DNA from: a virus | Virus record (IMG/VR): IMGVR_UViG_3300042402_001868 | Location: 1-64,000 of that record | DNA: 64,000 nucleotides | Reading direction: 5' to 3' (one strand) | Part shown: piece after piece, positions 18,183 through 27,659 of the stretch | Position numbering within the stretch: position 1 is the first letter of the stretch | Layout: every line of letters starts with the position of its first letter | Program-made: the position numbers and the translations under genes | The notes under the pieces: generated by a model | Told to the model about the DNA's origin: nothing | The model's input: the letters and a program-made list of their open reading frames with translations, nothing else | Databases searched by the model: none

Positions 18183-19074
18183 ATAGCAATTGTACATGAT
18201 CTAGTAGGCATTTAGCAAGAGCCTGGTGGCTCAAAGGACCAACATGTACCCCGTCTGTGCCAAAATCCACAATATAATCTGGAGAATAACAATATTCTGG
18301 GTGTGTCAGGTATTCATGCAGATATCTAGATCTATATTGATTAGAACCAGCTAGTATACTAGTTATGACAAATTTACATTTTTTAGATCGAAGATATTTT
18401 GCCCCAGCTTGCAACATTGACAGTTGATTAAAAAACAAAATGTCGTCGTTGTATACTTTTAATAACTCTCGAGAGTTGCGTAATTGGGCTTCAACTGATT
18501 GGCAGTTTTGAAATAGTGTTAGTCTTTCGGGAGTAGTTAGTTGCCATACTACTGTGTCTTGTTGTTGTATATCTGCTTCGACAAGGTGACGAAACGACCA
18601 ATGAGTTGAACTACCACCTTTAGCTATAATTTTTGAAGGTATACCAATTGCCTCACCTAGTAGCACACCAAACGATTTTTCTTTTGGTAACAATCCAACT
18701 CCGGCACTATGACTGCAACCAAACACCCATACAACTGGATCGTTGTTGTGTCTTGATAATTGTTGATTGGCATCTGTGAACACAACTGCTCGGCCACCGT
18801 GAAAATTAGTTACACGACATCTATGCTTGAGAAATTGCAATAGTAGTACAGTTTCTCTATAAAGATCTGAGTTGATATCAAATTGATCTTGTACAAAATT
18901 TACAACATCAAAATGTTTGCTAATAGAAATAATTTCTTCTGCAGACAAATCGCCTAATGAAGTGTGATACTGATCAGCAACAACCTTGATGTTTGTATTG
19001 GTAATTAATACAGATGTTGAGTTTATTAATCCAAAATCTACTACTGGATTAAACAAATGTAGTGTTTTTGTCAT
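18166..19074 (-). CDS. SGNH/GDSL hydrolase-like protein (possible acyl-esterase/transferase)
   Basis: Block I FGCSHSAG, block II GGS, block V DGVH. Confidence 0.55.
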   Translation of the reverse strand: MTKTLHLFNPVVDFGLINSTSVLITNTNIKVVADQYHTSLGDLSAEEIISISKHFDVVNFVQDQFDINSDLYRETVLLLQFLKHRCRVTNFHGGRAVVFTDANQQLSRHNNDPVVWVFGCSHSAGVGLLPKEKSFGVLLGEAIGIPSKIIAKGGSSTHWSFRHLVEADIQQQDTVVWQLTTPERLTLFQNCQSVEAQLRNSRELLKVYNDDILFFNQLSMLQAGAKYLRSKKCKFVITSILAGSNQYRSRYLHEYLTHPEYCYSPDYIVDFGTDGVHVGPLSHQALAKCLLDHVQLLYDKSI

Positions 19075-19973
19075 CAGTCATCTAAGCTACTAGTAACCGG
19101 TCCGGACATGGCTGCCATGCCAGCCTTGCCAGAATTCTGACGAGTCCATGATGGATTCAATCCGTTCATTTCCAAAATGTCATCACGGATGTTTTGATTT
19201 TTCTTTTCGATGTTTAGGATTCGAGTAAAGCTATTGGTGATAGCTGCCGTGTAGTAGGCAAAGGGATTTTGTGATTTTGATTCGTCAAACTGTAGGCCAA
19301 TTTGACTGAGCTGTAACAATGCTTGTCCGCGCATTTCTTCATTGTAGGTGTAGCCACGCCAGTTTGACCGTGTGGCATAACGTTCGCACAGTTTCATAAA
19401 CATCATGGCAAGTTTGCGTGTCATGTTGCCGTGATCACGAGAGAACTCGCCTGTTTCTAAATCGCCACGCCAGTGACTACGCCCAACCATAAAAGGAGTT
19501 TTATTTTCATCCAATCGATAGTGTTCAAATGGTGGAAAGTTCAATCGCACATAGTTCATGTTCAGCACAGGCACATCAATCAAATCTGCTAGTGGATCAT
19601 CTTCTACGGCGTCGTCGAGATCCAGTATTTCTTCTAGTTTTTTCTTTTTGGCTTCGGCCTTGGTGATCTTCTTGGGTGCTTTGGGAATATGATCCCAGCA
19701 AGTGATACGAAACACAAGATCAGTGTTGGGTATTTTCTTTTGATCAATGACCACACCTGTTTCGCGTTTGATACGGTCTGCACGGTTTTTACGAGCATCA
19801 ACTATGGTACGCTGATTGATTTTGTCAACACTGGGAAGTATTAAATCAAACTGATGATCGAGATCTCTGTCGCGATACCAGCAGTAAGTGTTTTTGCTGT
19901 GGTGAATTTCTTTTAAAATATCTCTGTTGTTGAGATAGTTGACCTTGGCGGCCGGCTTGGGCAATAAAGACAT
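19074..19973 (-). CDS. gp55: Late-transcription sigma factor (T4 gp55-like)
   Basis: NYLNNRDIL, NWRGYTYNEEM..ALLQ, FDESKSQNPFAYYT...F.RI..EKK. It lies upstream of gp47/gp46 as in T4. Confidence 0.88.
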   Translation of the reverse strand: MSLLPKPAAKVNYLNNRDILKEIHHSKNTYCWYRDRDLDHQFDLILPSVDKINQRTIVDARKNRADRIKRETGVVIDQKKIPNTDLVFRITCWDHIPKAPKKITKAEAKKKKLEEILDLDDAVEDDPLADLIDVPVLNMNYVRLNFPPFEHYRLDENKTPFMVGRSHWRGDLETGEFSRDHGNMTRKLAMMFMKLCERYATRSNWRGYTYNEEMRGQALLQLSQIGLQFDESKSQNPFAYYTAAITNSFTRILNIEKKNQNIRDDILEMNGLNPSWTRQNSGKAGMAAMSGPVTSSLDD

Positions 19974-20002
19974 ACTTGGTATGAACTCCTAAAATATAAT
20001 AT

Positions 20003-20030
20003 AGTGTAGCATATTTACAACATTTGTCAA
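20003..20030 (-). promoter_or_regulatory. Sigma70-type promoter for the gp55-gp47-gp46 operon, with a nested late motif
   Basis: TTGACA (20030-20025), 16 nt spacer, extended -10 TGcTACACT (20008-20003). GTAAATA lies in the spacer. Confidence 0.6.
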
Positions 20031-20073
20031 CCTGTTTAACTGATTATGGATAAACGGCACACATTTTAAACCC

Positions 20074-20081
20074 GGTAAATA
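20074..20081 (+). promoter_or_regulatory. Late-promoter-like motif GGTAAATA heading the baseplate operon
   Basis: TAAATA core followed by SD AGGA and the ATG at 20100. Confidence 0.55.
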
Positions 20082-20099
20082 ACATATAGGAACACACAT

Positions 20100-22754
20100 A
20101 TGGCAAACGGCTACGATCCAGCAAAGGCGGCGGAATTTAACAAACTGATATTGCAGGGCATTCCCTACGACGAAGCCTTGATCATGGCTGACATTCCATT
20201 GAACGAAATTGGCAACTACAGCTTTGATCCTGTGACCAGTGTGCTAAGTCAGCAAGAAGGACCACCAGAGACGCAGACGCCGGTTAACCCTGCTAGCGAT
20301 CCTAACACAAATGCAGGTGCAGATACTCCACGTGCAGAGCGCATAGGAACTGTGGATGCGGCTTCAGATCCCAACACCAATGTGGGAGCAGATACTCTAC
20401 GTGAAATACCCATAACTGAATCAGTGTTTGATCCTAGACAAGATGTTGGCGAGAGCGTGTTTGATCCTAGAGCAGCCACACCCAATCCTGCTGTTACCAT
20501 AGCGGCACAACTCAACGATCCGTATGCTGGCTTGACTCCCAAACAATTACAAGATCTAGGCGGAGCAGATCCCACTGATCCTTACATTCGTGCTAGATTG
20601 GGCATTCCGCAATTGCCTGGATCCGTACTGGCATCTACTCCTGGATTTGGTACAGTTAAAACTGGTATTCCGCTGGTGGATACTGCATTGTCATCATTGG
20701 GTTCATTGTTCAGTTTTAGCGGAAAAACAACAAAACCATCAGTTACAAAAACAGGCACTACCACTGGTACAACTACACCTGTTGATACTTCGGCCACAGC
20801 ACAAGATGCTGCCAAGCTTCTGGTTCAAAATCCTGCCTTAACAGATGATGAAGACCAAAATTTACAAAACATTGTGGGCGCACAAGGTGAAATTGTTCGA
20901 GCAGAAGAAAACATTCAAAGTAACAATCGTCAAATCTTGGCCAATGAAGAATCGCAGGCAGCGGCACAAGAACAACAACGACAAGCACAGGCAATCATTG
21001 ATCAAAACAATCTTGAACTAGCAGATGATAACTTGCCTGATGATCGTCGAGCTGAACTTGAGGCCAACAATGCCGCACAGCGTGCCAGCATTGCTGAGAA
21101 CGCCGCCGTAATTGATGAAGCACAAAACAATATTGATAGTGCTACAGTAAACAATGAACAGCAGTCAGACTCTATAGTAACTAACCAAGGAGTACTTACA
21201 GAAAATTCTGATGCATTTACTGCTAATAGCAATGAGCTAGGAGCGCCAGTAGTTGCTGACAATGATCCAGAAACTGCTGTGGATCAGAATTTTCTTGACG
21301 CCAATGCAGAAGTTCAGTCAGAAACTACTCTAACTATATTAAGCGAAGAAGAAACCAACGCATTGTTTGACGGTGCTGAACCAGGACTGGTTGATTCGTT
21401 TGTTGAAGTTGACGAAACAGTCACAGAATTAAGTGAAGAACAAACTGAGGCATTGTTTGAAGCTGGTGATCCTACAGTGGTGGATGAATTTGAAAATAGT
21501 AATATTGAACAAGAGCTGCCAGTGTTGTCCCCAGAAGAAGTTGACGAAGCCATTGCCAATGCCGGCATTGATGTAGATGACGAAATAGAAAGAGCTGCAG
21601 CCGAAGGTGTTGAAAACTTTGAACCAGAAGCTGTGGATGAATTTACTAACATTGATGAACAAATTGCAGCCAACGAAAATGATGAACAAGAGCTGCCAGT
21701 GTTGTCTCCAGAAGAAGTTGACGAAGCCATTGCCAATGCCGGCATTGATGTAGATGACGAAATAGAAAGAGCTGCAGCCGAAGCTGCCGAACAATATGAA
21801 GCCACAGACGTTAATTCAAGTGATGACGAAGGCTTGCCGCAAGATGACGGAACCACACAAGGCATACAAGATCAAATCAACGATCAAGATGCAGCCGACA
21901 CAGCCGCTGCCAAAGACAATGCCAAAAACCAAGCCACACTACAAGCACGGTACAAACAACCTGCCAGCGCAGACTGGCGTGTACGACTACAACTTGCACC
22001 TGCCGCAAACTACCTGTACAAAGCTGGCAAAGACGGAATTGACGCTGGAATATTGAAACCATTATACGACACCGACGGAGTTATATTTCCCTACACTCCG
22101 TCAATTGAAACATCATACAACGCCAACTATGAAATGTATGATCTCACACACTCAAACTTTCGTGGATACTTCTACAAAAACAGTCGTGTGAATGACATCA
22201 ACATTCGTGCCACATTCACGGCACAGGACACACAAGAGGCTGCATACTTGTTGGCAGTGATTCACTTTTTCCGCAGTGTAACCAAAATGTTCTACGGTGC
22301 CAAAGATGCCTATCGTGGTGCACCACCTCCACTGACTTATCTAAGTGGTCTAGGTGCTTATCAATTTAACAATCACCCCTGTGTGGTATCGCAGTTTAAC
22401 TACAGCCTACCACCTGATGTTGACTATATAAGAGCAGATGCTCCTAACAATTATGGTACAAATTTGTTGACACAACGTGCTAGAACAGGTGCAATTGCTC
22501 CTACTTTGGGATCTGCTAGTTTGACTCGATTGTTAGGAACACTGACCAAACCACCAGTGGGCGCTACTGCAACTCCTCCAACACCGGGTATGATAAATCA
22601 AAACATCAACAACACGTCGCAGGCAACCTACGTACCAACTAAAATTGAACTCAGCATTACACTGTTGCCAATCAACACACGCAGTCAAGTGAGCACACAG
22701 TTCAACATGAAAGAGTTTGCATCGGGTGCGTTGATCAAGGGAGGATTCTGGTAA
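20100..22754 (+). CDS. Baseplate/tail-tube initiator-like protein with a long acidic, repetitive N-terminal extension
   Basis: The C-terminal ~270 aa (DWRVRL..GVIFPYTP..THSN..GAPPP) resemble tube-initiator (gp48/gp54-like) domains. The first ~610 aa are low complexity with repeats. Confidence 0.55.
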   Translation: MANGYDPAKAAEFNKLILQGIPYDEALIMADIPLNEIGNYSFDPVTSVLSQQEGPPETQTPVNPASDPNTNAGADTPRAERIGTVDAASDPNTNVGADTLREIPITESVFDPRQDVGESVFDPRAATPNPAVTIAAQLNDPYAGLTPKQLQDLGGADPTDPYIRARLGIPQLPGSVLASTPGFGTVKTGIPLVDTALSSLGSLFSFSGKTTKPSVTKTGTTTGTTTPVDTSATAQDAAKLLVQNPALTDDEDQNLQNIVGAQGEIVRAEENIQSNNRQILANEESQAAAQEQQRQAQAIIDQNNLELADDNLPDDRRAELEANNAAQRASIAENAAVIDEAQNNIDSATVNNEQQSDSIVTNQGVLTENSDAFTANSNELGAPVVADNDPETAVDQNFLDANAEVQSETTLTILSEEETNALFDGAEPGLVDSFVEVDETVTELSEEQTEALFEAGDPTVVDEFENSNIEQELPVLSPEEVDEAIANAGIDVDDEIERAAAEGVENFEPEAVDEFTNIDEQIAANENDEQELPVLSPEEVDEAIANAGIDVDDEIERAAAEAAEQYEATDVNSSDDEGLPQDDGTTQGIQDQINDQDAADTAAAKDNAKNQATLQARYKQPASADWRVRLQLAPAANYLYKAGKDGIDAGILKPLYDTDGVIFPYTPSIETSYNANYEMYDLTHSNFRGYFYKNSRVNDINIRATFTAQDTQEAAYLLAVIHFFRSVTKMFYGAKDAYRGAPPPLTYLSGLGAYQFNNHPCVVSQFNYSLPPDVDYIRADAPNNYGTNLLTQRARTGAIAPTLGSASLTRLLGTLTKPPVGATATPPTPGMINQNINNTSQATYVPTKIELSITLLPINTRSQVSTQFNMKEFASGALIKGGFW
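21506..21783 (+). repeat. Near-perfect 101-bp direct repeat (21506-21606 / 21683-21783) in coding sequence
   Basis: EQELPVLSPEEVDEAIANAGIDVDDEIERAAAE is encoded twice. One synonymous difference (tcc/tct); period 177 nt. Confidence 0.9.
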
Positions 22755-23053
22755 TGTCTAACTACGTATCAACAAGTCCATACTATCAAACTGGCTACAG
22801 TCAATTCTTTTTAGATGTCATGGTCAATCGACCTATTCCCAAAGAAACTGATGACTTGGAATTCATTATTAATCAAACATATCAGTATCGTCCAGACCTG
22901 TTGGCATTTGACTTGTATCAAGATGCTGCCTTGTGGTGGGTGTTCTATCAACGCAATCCCAACACACTCACAGCACCGCCCTTGGATTTCAAGTCAGGTG
23001 TAAAGATATTCTTGCCCAAACTTAATACTCTTAAAACATCATTGGGATTCTAA
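22754..23053 (+). CDS. Baseplate wedge protein, gp53/LysM-like
   Basis: YRPDLLAFDLY..LWWVF..N motif typical of gp53-like proteins. Confidence 0.7.
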   Translation: MSNYVSTSPYYQTGYSQFFLDVMVNRPIPKETDDLEFIINQTYQYRPDLLAFDLYQDAALWWVFYQRNPNTLTAPPLDFKSGVKIFLPKLNTLKTSLGF

Positions 23054-23056
23054 CAT

Positions 23057-26000
23057 ATGGCTACCGCGGCAGAAATCCAGCAACAAATTAATAGTTTACA
23101 AAACCGTTATCGCATTGCACAAAACGGACTTGCAACTCTAAACAAAAATTTGCAAAGTAATCAAGTTATTATTGCAAGATATACTGCTGAAGTATCAACT
23201 ATCCCGGGACAGGTACAGGCGCTTGAAGCACAGTTAAATTCAATACAACCTACTCCGGGCACCAGTGCTGGTCAAACTGTCAACGATGATCAAATACCAA
23301 ATCCCAGCAAGCCGCCGCCATTACAAGCAGGGCCAGATGGACGAGTAAGTGTACCACCTGCAACAACTACCCCAACCAATGCCACACAACCAGACGTGGG
23401 AGAATCAAGTACAGGAACTGATCAGCCTACCAAAACATTTGACACAACACAGGCCACCTACAACGGAGTGTCAGGTCAGACCATGCCGGCACCACCAACA
23501 GATACCGCATCTGATCCCAATACCAATGTTGGCAAAGAAGCACCTACCACTACCGGGGTTGGACAAGTTGATGATAATATTCCGCCTACTCCTGAATCAC
23601 AGGCTGTAAAAACCAACAACGGATTTAACGATCCACAGCCTATTACACCACAGCCCAACATTCTAAGTAAGTTTGCCACCTCAACATACAATGCTTCTGT
23701 GTATTTGTTGACACCAACACAATATGAAACATTGATAAAAAACAAACAGAAAAAAGTCAACGGTTATAATTTGCTATTTCAAACAGGCGGAGCACCAACC
23801 AATGTTGGCGGTGCAAAAGGCGCATTGGGAACAGCAAACGCAGCCACACAATCAGATTTAGAGGCCGAGGGCATTGGCCTGGCAGCAAACGTGGCCACTC
23901 CGGGTGCTAAAGATCCTGACGCTGGCCGCAATCCATTTTTTCCTGATGATTTTTACATTGACAATATCACACTTGAAACCATGTTTCCGGGCAAACAAAC
24001 CAGCGCCGCACACATGGTTACCAATATAAAATTTACCGTGGTCGAGCCTGGCGGCATCACATTGCTTGATAGATTGTATCAAGCAGTACAAGATCTAGCA
24101 CCCAAGAACAAAGCAGGTGCTATCAACTATACCGCGGCACAATATCTCATGGTCATACGTTGGTATGGTTACGACGAAGCAGGAAATTTAATACGACCAG
24201 GAGCCAAAGGCAAAGATGGCCTAAGTGATCCCAATGCCGTTTGTGAAAAGTTTGTTCCGTTTATTATCAAAAAAATCAATTGGGGAGTGAGCAACAAACT
24301 GGTAAGTTATGAATTTGAAGGAGCACCAGTAGGTCAAAACATTGCTGGGACAACTGCCCGCGGCACAGTGCCGTTTGATCTTGAGTTGAGTGATTCAACT
24401 GTGGGCGGCTTATTAGGTGGTGCCGCCAAGTACGGTACTGGTGCCACAACTGCTGCCTCGCCAGGCGCATTCACAACCGCTAATACAGATTCAAGCGGAC
24501 GAGTGATAAATGATCCCAGACGAACGGACAGCGCCACCGGAGGTTTGAACTCACTCGACGGTACGGCATTGGCTAGTCCGGCAAAGGCCACAGCCGCTCC
24601 TACCCCAAAGAAAACTATTACCGCTGGACTCATGGGTGCCATGAATGATTTGCAAGCCGAGCGTGTGGCCAGCGGTGTTTATCAACATGCTGACAAATAT
24701 GAGCTGGTGTTTGCCAACGGAGCAGAATCCATCAGAGATGCACTAATCACACTGCCAGGTAAAATAAAAAATCAAAGAGCCAGTCCAATGGCACCGGCAG
24801 CGGCTGTTGATCCCACAAGCAAAGACACTGCTAGACAACGAACTGACAACACTGTGAGAAATTTTAATATCACTGCAGGCCAACAATTGTTGCAGGCCAT
24901 TGATCTAACAATTCGCAACAGCAGTTATATCTATAAACAAGCGGCTGTGCAAAATTCAGAAACTCCTGACCCAGAAAAAATGGACAAAGAAGGAGTTGAC
25001 GAAACGTCATCTAAAAACAAAGTACCAGCCAGAGCGACCTTAAATTGGTACGAAATTACCATGGAAGCAATTCCAGGACCTTATGATTATGAACGTAATG
25101 ATTATTCTTATACCATCAGATATATCGTCAGTCCCTACAGAGTACAAAACTTCAATAGTAAATTTTATCCTATTCCTAAATTTGCCGGAATACACAAGCA
25201 GTATAGCTATTGGTTCACCGGTGAAAACACTGACGTATTAGATTATCAAGCCACATTCAATTACATGTACAACATGACCATGACTGGCAGCGAGCCAGGA
25301 AACAATGCTCTGGCCGCGTTAAGAAAAAAATACACCAGTAGCATGAGAGAGTTGACAAAATACACATGGCAGGCTGCTAGTGATCAAACACGATCAGGCG
25401 CAGAGTCGGATGCCAACGAGATTGGTGCAAATGCAGCAGAGTCATTGTACAATCCTAGTGACCTGGCCAAAGGCAAAGTTAAGATTGTGGGCGACCCAGG
25501 ATGGATTCAACAAGGCAGTGTGGCCGCCGGAGTTGGAATTGGCAACTTTAATTACGGTGGATTCTTGCCCGACGGCACTATAAATTTTGATTCACAACAG
25601 GTGATGTTTTCAATTGAGTGGCAACGACCGCAAGACTATGACATAACCACTGGCCTGGCCAATCCTTACGGTCGTGAAGGCGGTGCTAGAAAACCACTCA
25701 ACAGCTATGTGTATCTAGCAACTAAATGTGTATCTGAATTCCGACAAGGAAGATTTGAACAAACCATTGACGGAACGCTGTATGTGTATCCTGTTGAAAA
25801 CTTAAAGAACGCAGTAACACAACCAAGTAACGGAGTTGCAAACGACGGGTCCAATGGCAGATCAGAAGACACTGCATCAACCGCCAAAGCTGGAGGCGCA
25901 AAACAAGCACCAGCACAAGTTGATAACACCGAAACAGCCAGTGCATCAATCACCAGTACCACACCTAATGATGACTCATCTCCGGGTCCTCAACAAAATT

Positions 26001-26143
26001 CCACATCCAGCAGTGATGGTCAGGACATTGGCCTAAATCAGTTTCTGGCACCACCAAAGATGGGAGTGGATCAGAATTTTATTGATGCCAACGCTGAACC
26101 GCAGACAGACGATACAGTACAAACAATTTGGAAAGACTTCTAA
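23057..26143 (+). CDS. Baseplate hub-like structural protein (gp27/gpD-like) with disordered termini
   Basis: Lies between the gp53-like and gp5-like genes. FTVVEPGGITLLDRL, KIVGDP.WI and S.F.QG.F.Q.I patterns. Confidence 0.55.
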   Translation: MATAAEIQQQINSLQNRYRIAQNGLATLNKNLQSNQVIIARYTAEVSTIPGQVQALEAQLNSIQPTPGTSAGQTVNDDQIPNPSKPPPLQAGPDGRVSVPPATTTPTNATQPDVGESSTGTDQPTKTFDTTQATYNGVSGQTMPAPPTDTASDPNTNVGKEAPTTTGVGQVDDNIPPTPESQAVKTNNGFNDPQPITPQPNILSKFATSTYNASVYLLTPTQYETLIKNKQKKVNGYNLLFQTGGAPTNVGGAKGALGTANAATQSDLEAEGIGLAANVATPGAKDPDAGRNPFFPDDFYIDNITLETMFPGKQTSAAHMVTNIKFTVVEPGGITLLDRLYQAVQDLAPKNKAGAINYTAAQYLMVIRWYGYDEAGNLIRPGAKGKDGLSDPNAVCEKFVPFIIKKINWGVSNKLVSYEFEGAPVGQNIAGTTARGTVPFDLELSDSTVGGLLGGAAKYGTGATTAASPGAFTTANTDSSGRVINDPRRTDSATGGLNSLDGTALASPAKATAAPTPKKTITAGLMGAMNDLQAERVASGVYQHADKYELVFANGAESIRDALITLPGKIKNQRASPMAPAAAVDPTSKDTARQRTDNTVRNFNITAGQQLLQAIDLTIRNSSYIYKQAAVQNSETPDPEKMDKEGVDETSSKNKVPARATLNWYEITMEAIPGPYDYERNDYSYTIRYIVSPYRVQNFNSKFYPIPKFAGIHKQYSYWFTGENTDVLDYQATFNYMYNMTMTGSEPGNNALAALRKKYTSSMRELTKYTWQAASDQTRSGAESDANEIGANAAESLYNPSDLAKGKVKIVGDPGWIQQGSVAAGVGIGNFNYGGFLPDGTINFDSQQVMFSIEWQRPQDYDITTGLANPYGREGGARKPLNSYVYLATKCVSEFRQGRFEQTIDGTLYVYPVENLKNAVTQPSNGVANDGSNGRSEDTASTAKAGGAKQAPAQVDNTETASASITSTTPNDDSSPGPQQNSTSSSDGQDIGLNQFLAPPKMGVDQNFIDANAEPQTDDTVQTIWKDF

Positions 26144-26152
26144 GGACCTACA

Positions 26153-27658
26153 ATGGCAGAAAATACACAACGCAGTCGTGGACGTCCCGGGAATTATAAA
26201 TTAGACCGCGGCGGCTACCCATCAGAGAACGGTCCGTTCTTGGGTATAGTAATGAACAACATTGATCCCACACGAGCAGGGCGATTACAAGTGTTCATTA
26301 CCAACTTCAACGACGGCAACATGACGGATGATACCAAGTGGACCACAGTAGATTACTTGCCTAGCTTCTATGGTGCCACACCCAAGTCAGGAACCAGTTC
26401 AGGAGCAGGAACATATCCTGGCAATAGAAACAGTTATGGCATGTGGTTCACTCCTCCTGATCTTGGAGTTACTGTTGTTTGTATATTCATCAACGGCGAC
26501 AGAGATCAAGGTTTTTATATTGGAGTTGTGCCTGAACAAGGAATCAATCACATGATTCCAGCCATTGGCTCTTCCCCAGCACCAAACTTTGTTCCACAAA
26601 ATGAAAATCAAAAAGTGTACTTGGCAGATGCTACCCAAGCACCTGTTACAGAAATCAATGACACTAACATTGCAATAATTAACAATCCACGATTCTTTGA
26701 ACAACAAAAACCAGTTCACAGTGTTGTGGCAGCCGCACTATTCCAACAAGGCCTGATAAATGATCCTGAACGCGGTCCTATTGCTAGCAGTTGTCAACGT
26801 GAATCTCCTAGTGCAGTGTTTGGAGTCAGTACTCCAGGTGTGGCAGTTTATCAAGGTGGTATCAAGCCTGGTGAAATTAGAGATCGCATTGACGCAGGAA
26901 AACTAAAACCACAAGATGTCAAAGTCATTGGCCGCATGGGTGGACACACTCTAGTGATGGATGATGGCGACACGGATGGTAACAATGCCTTGTTCCGTTT
27001 GCGAACAGCCAAAGGTCACCAGATCACCATGAGCGACTCTGGTGATTTCTTCTACATCACACATGCCAACGGACTCACATGGTTGGAGTTTGGATCCGAA
27101 GGCACAGTAGATGTGTTTGCCACAAACTCTGTAAATGTTCGCACTCGTGGCGACATTAATTTGCATGCTGATCGAGATATCAACATGTACGCAGGACGCA
27201 ATATCACAGCCAAGGCCAAAGAAAATATCACCCTGGAAGCAGAAATGTCATTGACCGCTACTGCCCAAGAAAATTTAATATTGTACAGTAAAAGTTATAT
27301 TGGAATCAAGTCAGATGGATCACTAGCACTGGATAGCTCAAATGGTTCTTGGAAAGGCGGCAGTACATTGACATTCTCTGCAGGCGGTATTGATCTAAAC
27401 GGACCAAGTGCAGCCTCAGTAACTTCGCCAAAACCAGTGGTCAAAACTGTAATGGACGACACAGAGTTTGATACTAGCAAAGGGTGGCAAACTGTAACAG
27501 ACGGACTTGAAAGCATTGTGAGCCGTGCTCCTACTCACGAGCCTTACAGTTATCACAATGAAGGTGTTGATGTCAAGCTGAGTCTTGAACAAGGCAAACC
27601 CCCACCACCGCCAGGAGCAGAACCTGTTCCCGAAGGCATAGAAATACAGGCAGAATAA
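26153..27658 (+). CDS. Baseplate central spike (gp5/VgrG-like OB-fold plus beta-helix)
   Basis: DPTRAGRLQV, YGMWFTPPDLGVTVVCIFINGD, GH..VMDDG, RTAKGHQITMSD and INLHADRDINMYAG repeats. Confidence 0.8.
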   Translation: MAENTQRSRGRPGNYKLDRGGYPSENGPFLGIVMNNIDPTRAGRLQVFITNFNDGNMTDDTKWTTVDYLPSFYGATPKSGTSSGAGTYPGNRNSYGMWFTPPDLGVTVVCIFINGDRDQGFYIGVVPEQGINHMIPAIGSSPAPNFVPQNENQKVYLADATQAPVTEINDTNIAIINNPRFFEQQKPVHSVVAAALFQQGLINDPERGPIASSCQRESPSAVFGVSTPGVAVYQGGIKPGEIRDRIDAGKLKPQDVKVIGRMGGHTLVMDDGDTDGNNALFRLRTAKGHQITMSDSGDFFYITHANGLTWLEFGSEGTVDVFATNSVNVRTRGDINLHADRDINMYAGRNITAKAKENITLEAEMSLTATAQENLILYSKSYIGIKSDGSLALDSSNGSWKGGSTLTFSAGGIDLNGPSAASVTSPKPVVKTVMDDTEFDTSKGWQTVTDGLESIVSRAPTHEPYSYHNEGVDVKLSLEQGKPPPPPGAEPVPEGIEIQAE

Positions 27659-27659
27659 C

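Noticed and set aside
21506-21783. Direct repeat considered as a CRISPR array or attachment site
   Set aside because: Only two copies, 101 bp long, in frame within a CDS; no spacer array or cas/integrase genes
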